Below are positions 62,156 to 64,000 of a stretch of DNA of 64,000 bases, one piece after another. Each line of letters opens with the position of its first letter. Within the stretch, counting starts at the first letter, position 1. Under the pieces are notes generated by a model. That model did not search any database, was not told the origin of the DNA, and was given only the letters and a program-made list of their open reading frames with translations. Origin of the DNA: Macrostomum lignano (lineage: Eukaryota). Position numbers and translations under genes: made by a program. The stretch is from positions 62,001-126,000 of the forward strand of contig NIVC01001938.1 in assembly GCA_002269645.1 (NCBI GenBank), read 5' to 3'.

Positions 62156-62439
62156 GTGGGGGCTCCGCCCCCACACCCCGGCAAGGGGACTGCGTCCCCT
62201 TGACCCCTGCTTCCTACCACTCTTACTGTGTGCAAGAATGAATCCAACAACACTGCAATTTCCACACTCTGACTCGTGTGTCTCGTGCGCACTCGTGCTT
62301 TTTGCCATAGACGCACTCGTTAGAGTGCGGAAATATACCATTGTCGTTTGACCACAGCGTGCAGGAATGATTTTTTCGATTTATTATCGTGCAGGAATGT
62401 CTGTGTCTATGGTAGAAATCACTTGACATACGTTAGCTT

Positions 62440-62471
62440 ATCGTGCAGGAATGACTTCATTCCTGCACGAT
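62440..62471. other. Perfect 32-bp palindrome, candidate recombinase target site
   Basis: atcgtgcaggaatga-ct-tcattcctgcacgat: 15-bp arms around 2 nt. Confidence 0.6.
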
Positions 62472-62606
62472 TTAACAATTTATTTTTACCTGGTAGAAGC
62501 AACTGAATATGTAATCAATAACAATATGGAAGAACAAAAAGGATAATAAGTGGAACTAGGGAAACATTTAATGAGTCTATAGACCTACTCACACCCCTCT
62601 CGGCAT

Positions 62607-64000
62607 TTACTCGAAAATAAACTGCACAACATTCGTTTCGCCGTTTGCCAAAATCTTCATCCGCTTAGTGGGGGCTGCTACAAGTGTGGTGGTCGATTCT
62701 TCAACAACCAGTGACTTCTTGACAGTTGACATTGACGCTGATCCGCACGGGTCGGTAGTCGCAACAGCCCTTGTAGGAGCGTCGCTCAGGGCGCACGGGT
62801 CGGTAGTTGTAACAGCCCTTGCAGGAGCTTCGCTCAATGTAGAACTTGGTGCCGGCATAGTTCCAGCTAGAGCGACTGTCAGCTGATCACTCATCCCTGC
62901 CATGATCGAGTCCCTCTTCTTGCCTCTCCGGATGTATCGTTCTACCGACGCGCTATTCTGTGAATAGAGGTGGTGTTTAATAAATTCCTTGTCCATGTGT
63001 CAATAAACTTACTAAGAATAAAGAATTGCTCACCTTGTGACCTGTCACCTTCGCAATTTTTTCGACAGAAAAGCCAGCTTCATGCAGCTCCGTAACAACT
63101 GTAGGTCGCACACAATGCGGAGTGTACAGCTTGGACAGGTTAGCATTCGAAGAGATCTTCTTGAGCAACGGCCCCAAAGTGTTGATTCCAACTGGTACTT
63201 TGGTGTACCAGATGCCATCCGCATTCACTCGTGGTTTCGGACGCAGAAAGAAGTCCTCCTGATTCCAACCCGGCACGGCAGTAATTTTCGACAAATAAAG
63301 CTGGAAGGCCTGAACTGGACAGTGCCTTGACTCCGGCTTGGCCACCATCAAGGCCTGTTTATTGTCGTCGCAGAGTCGCATGTCACTCAAGCCTTTTACA
63401 TTCTTTGAGGTGCTGCCTTGCAACTCGATCGCCATAGCTCCGTTTGATAGGGCCTTCTCTCGGAATGAACGAACAGTGAGACCTCGTAGCCATTCTCTGC
63501 CGCGATTGCCGAAATAAAATAACACATTGAAATATACCTCTTCTTGCAAACGTGTTGGAGTGCTTCTGTCGAAGTAAGAAGCAAGCTTGACAAGGTCGTC
63601 CGACTCAATGGCTTCGTAATGCTGCACTCGACCACCGGACTTCAAATACGCATTGCAAACATTCTTCACCATCAAATTCGCGCTATGAAAAGCCTCGTGA
63701 GCGATGATATTGAGGCCACGTAATTTCATAAAGTACCTGAACAGTGCGGCTCGAATTCCTACGATTGTATTCGGCGAATAGAAGCTGCCGTCTGACTTAC
63801 GCAGAGTCGCATAGAAGTAGCGGACCCATTTGGCAATTTATTCCACCGAAGCAGTCGCGTAATCCACTTTTACATTATTCTCCGCCAACCAGGCCGTCAA
63901 GCGGTTGATCACAGCTTTCTCCTTAGAGACAGTCGAATGACATTCGTTGTCTCGTTCCAGTTGAGCGGCCAGACTTTCCAATTCGTCAAGGTTACACAAG
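62607..64000 (-). mobile_element. Crypton-type (DUF3504-like) tyrosine recombinase gene, 5' end outside the window; intron 63033-62958; one premature TAA at 63840-63838
   Basis: Catalytic set R (FGNRGRE), K (SKN), HxxR (TPHCVR), H (TGHK) and Y (SVERY, after splicing a 76-nt gtgagc...cag intron). CPVQAFQLYLSK and VGINTL are Crypton-like. Upstream in-frame YFYATLRKSDGSFYSPNTI. Confidence 0.9.

Overview
Eukaryotic (animal) genomic DNA with GC-rich exons, AT-rich intergenic DNA and introns packed with minisatellites. The style resembles a free-living flatworm such as Macrostomum, which is inference only. Bases 1-47.8 kb hold conserved host genes, identified by recalled similarity to the human proteins: CDK7, a 13-exon FANCI, a p22phox/CYBA-like gene, COG7 and EME1 (all + strand), plus a GT32 glycosyltransferase (- strand). 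They are interspersed with about 20 different tandem arrays, a hAT MITE and a decayed mariner. Bases 48-64 kb contain no recognisable housekeeping gene and look like a mobile-DNA island. The best candidate for an undescribed system is a convergent gene pair. One is an intron-containing CRESS/parvovirus-like Rep gene with intact SF3 helicase Walker A/B motifs but apparently dead HUH nuclease motifs (49920-52192, +). The other is a zinc-finger plus divergent tyrosine-recombinase gene (59649-56374, -) whose N-terminal zinc finger is split by a Harbinger-like MITE. A separate, nearly intact Crypton-type tyrosine recombinase lies at the window end, with a perfect lox-like palindrome about 140 bp past its stop codon. 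No database searches were run; family assignments come from motif recognition.
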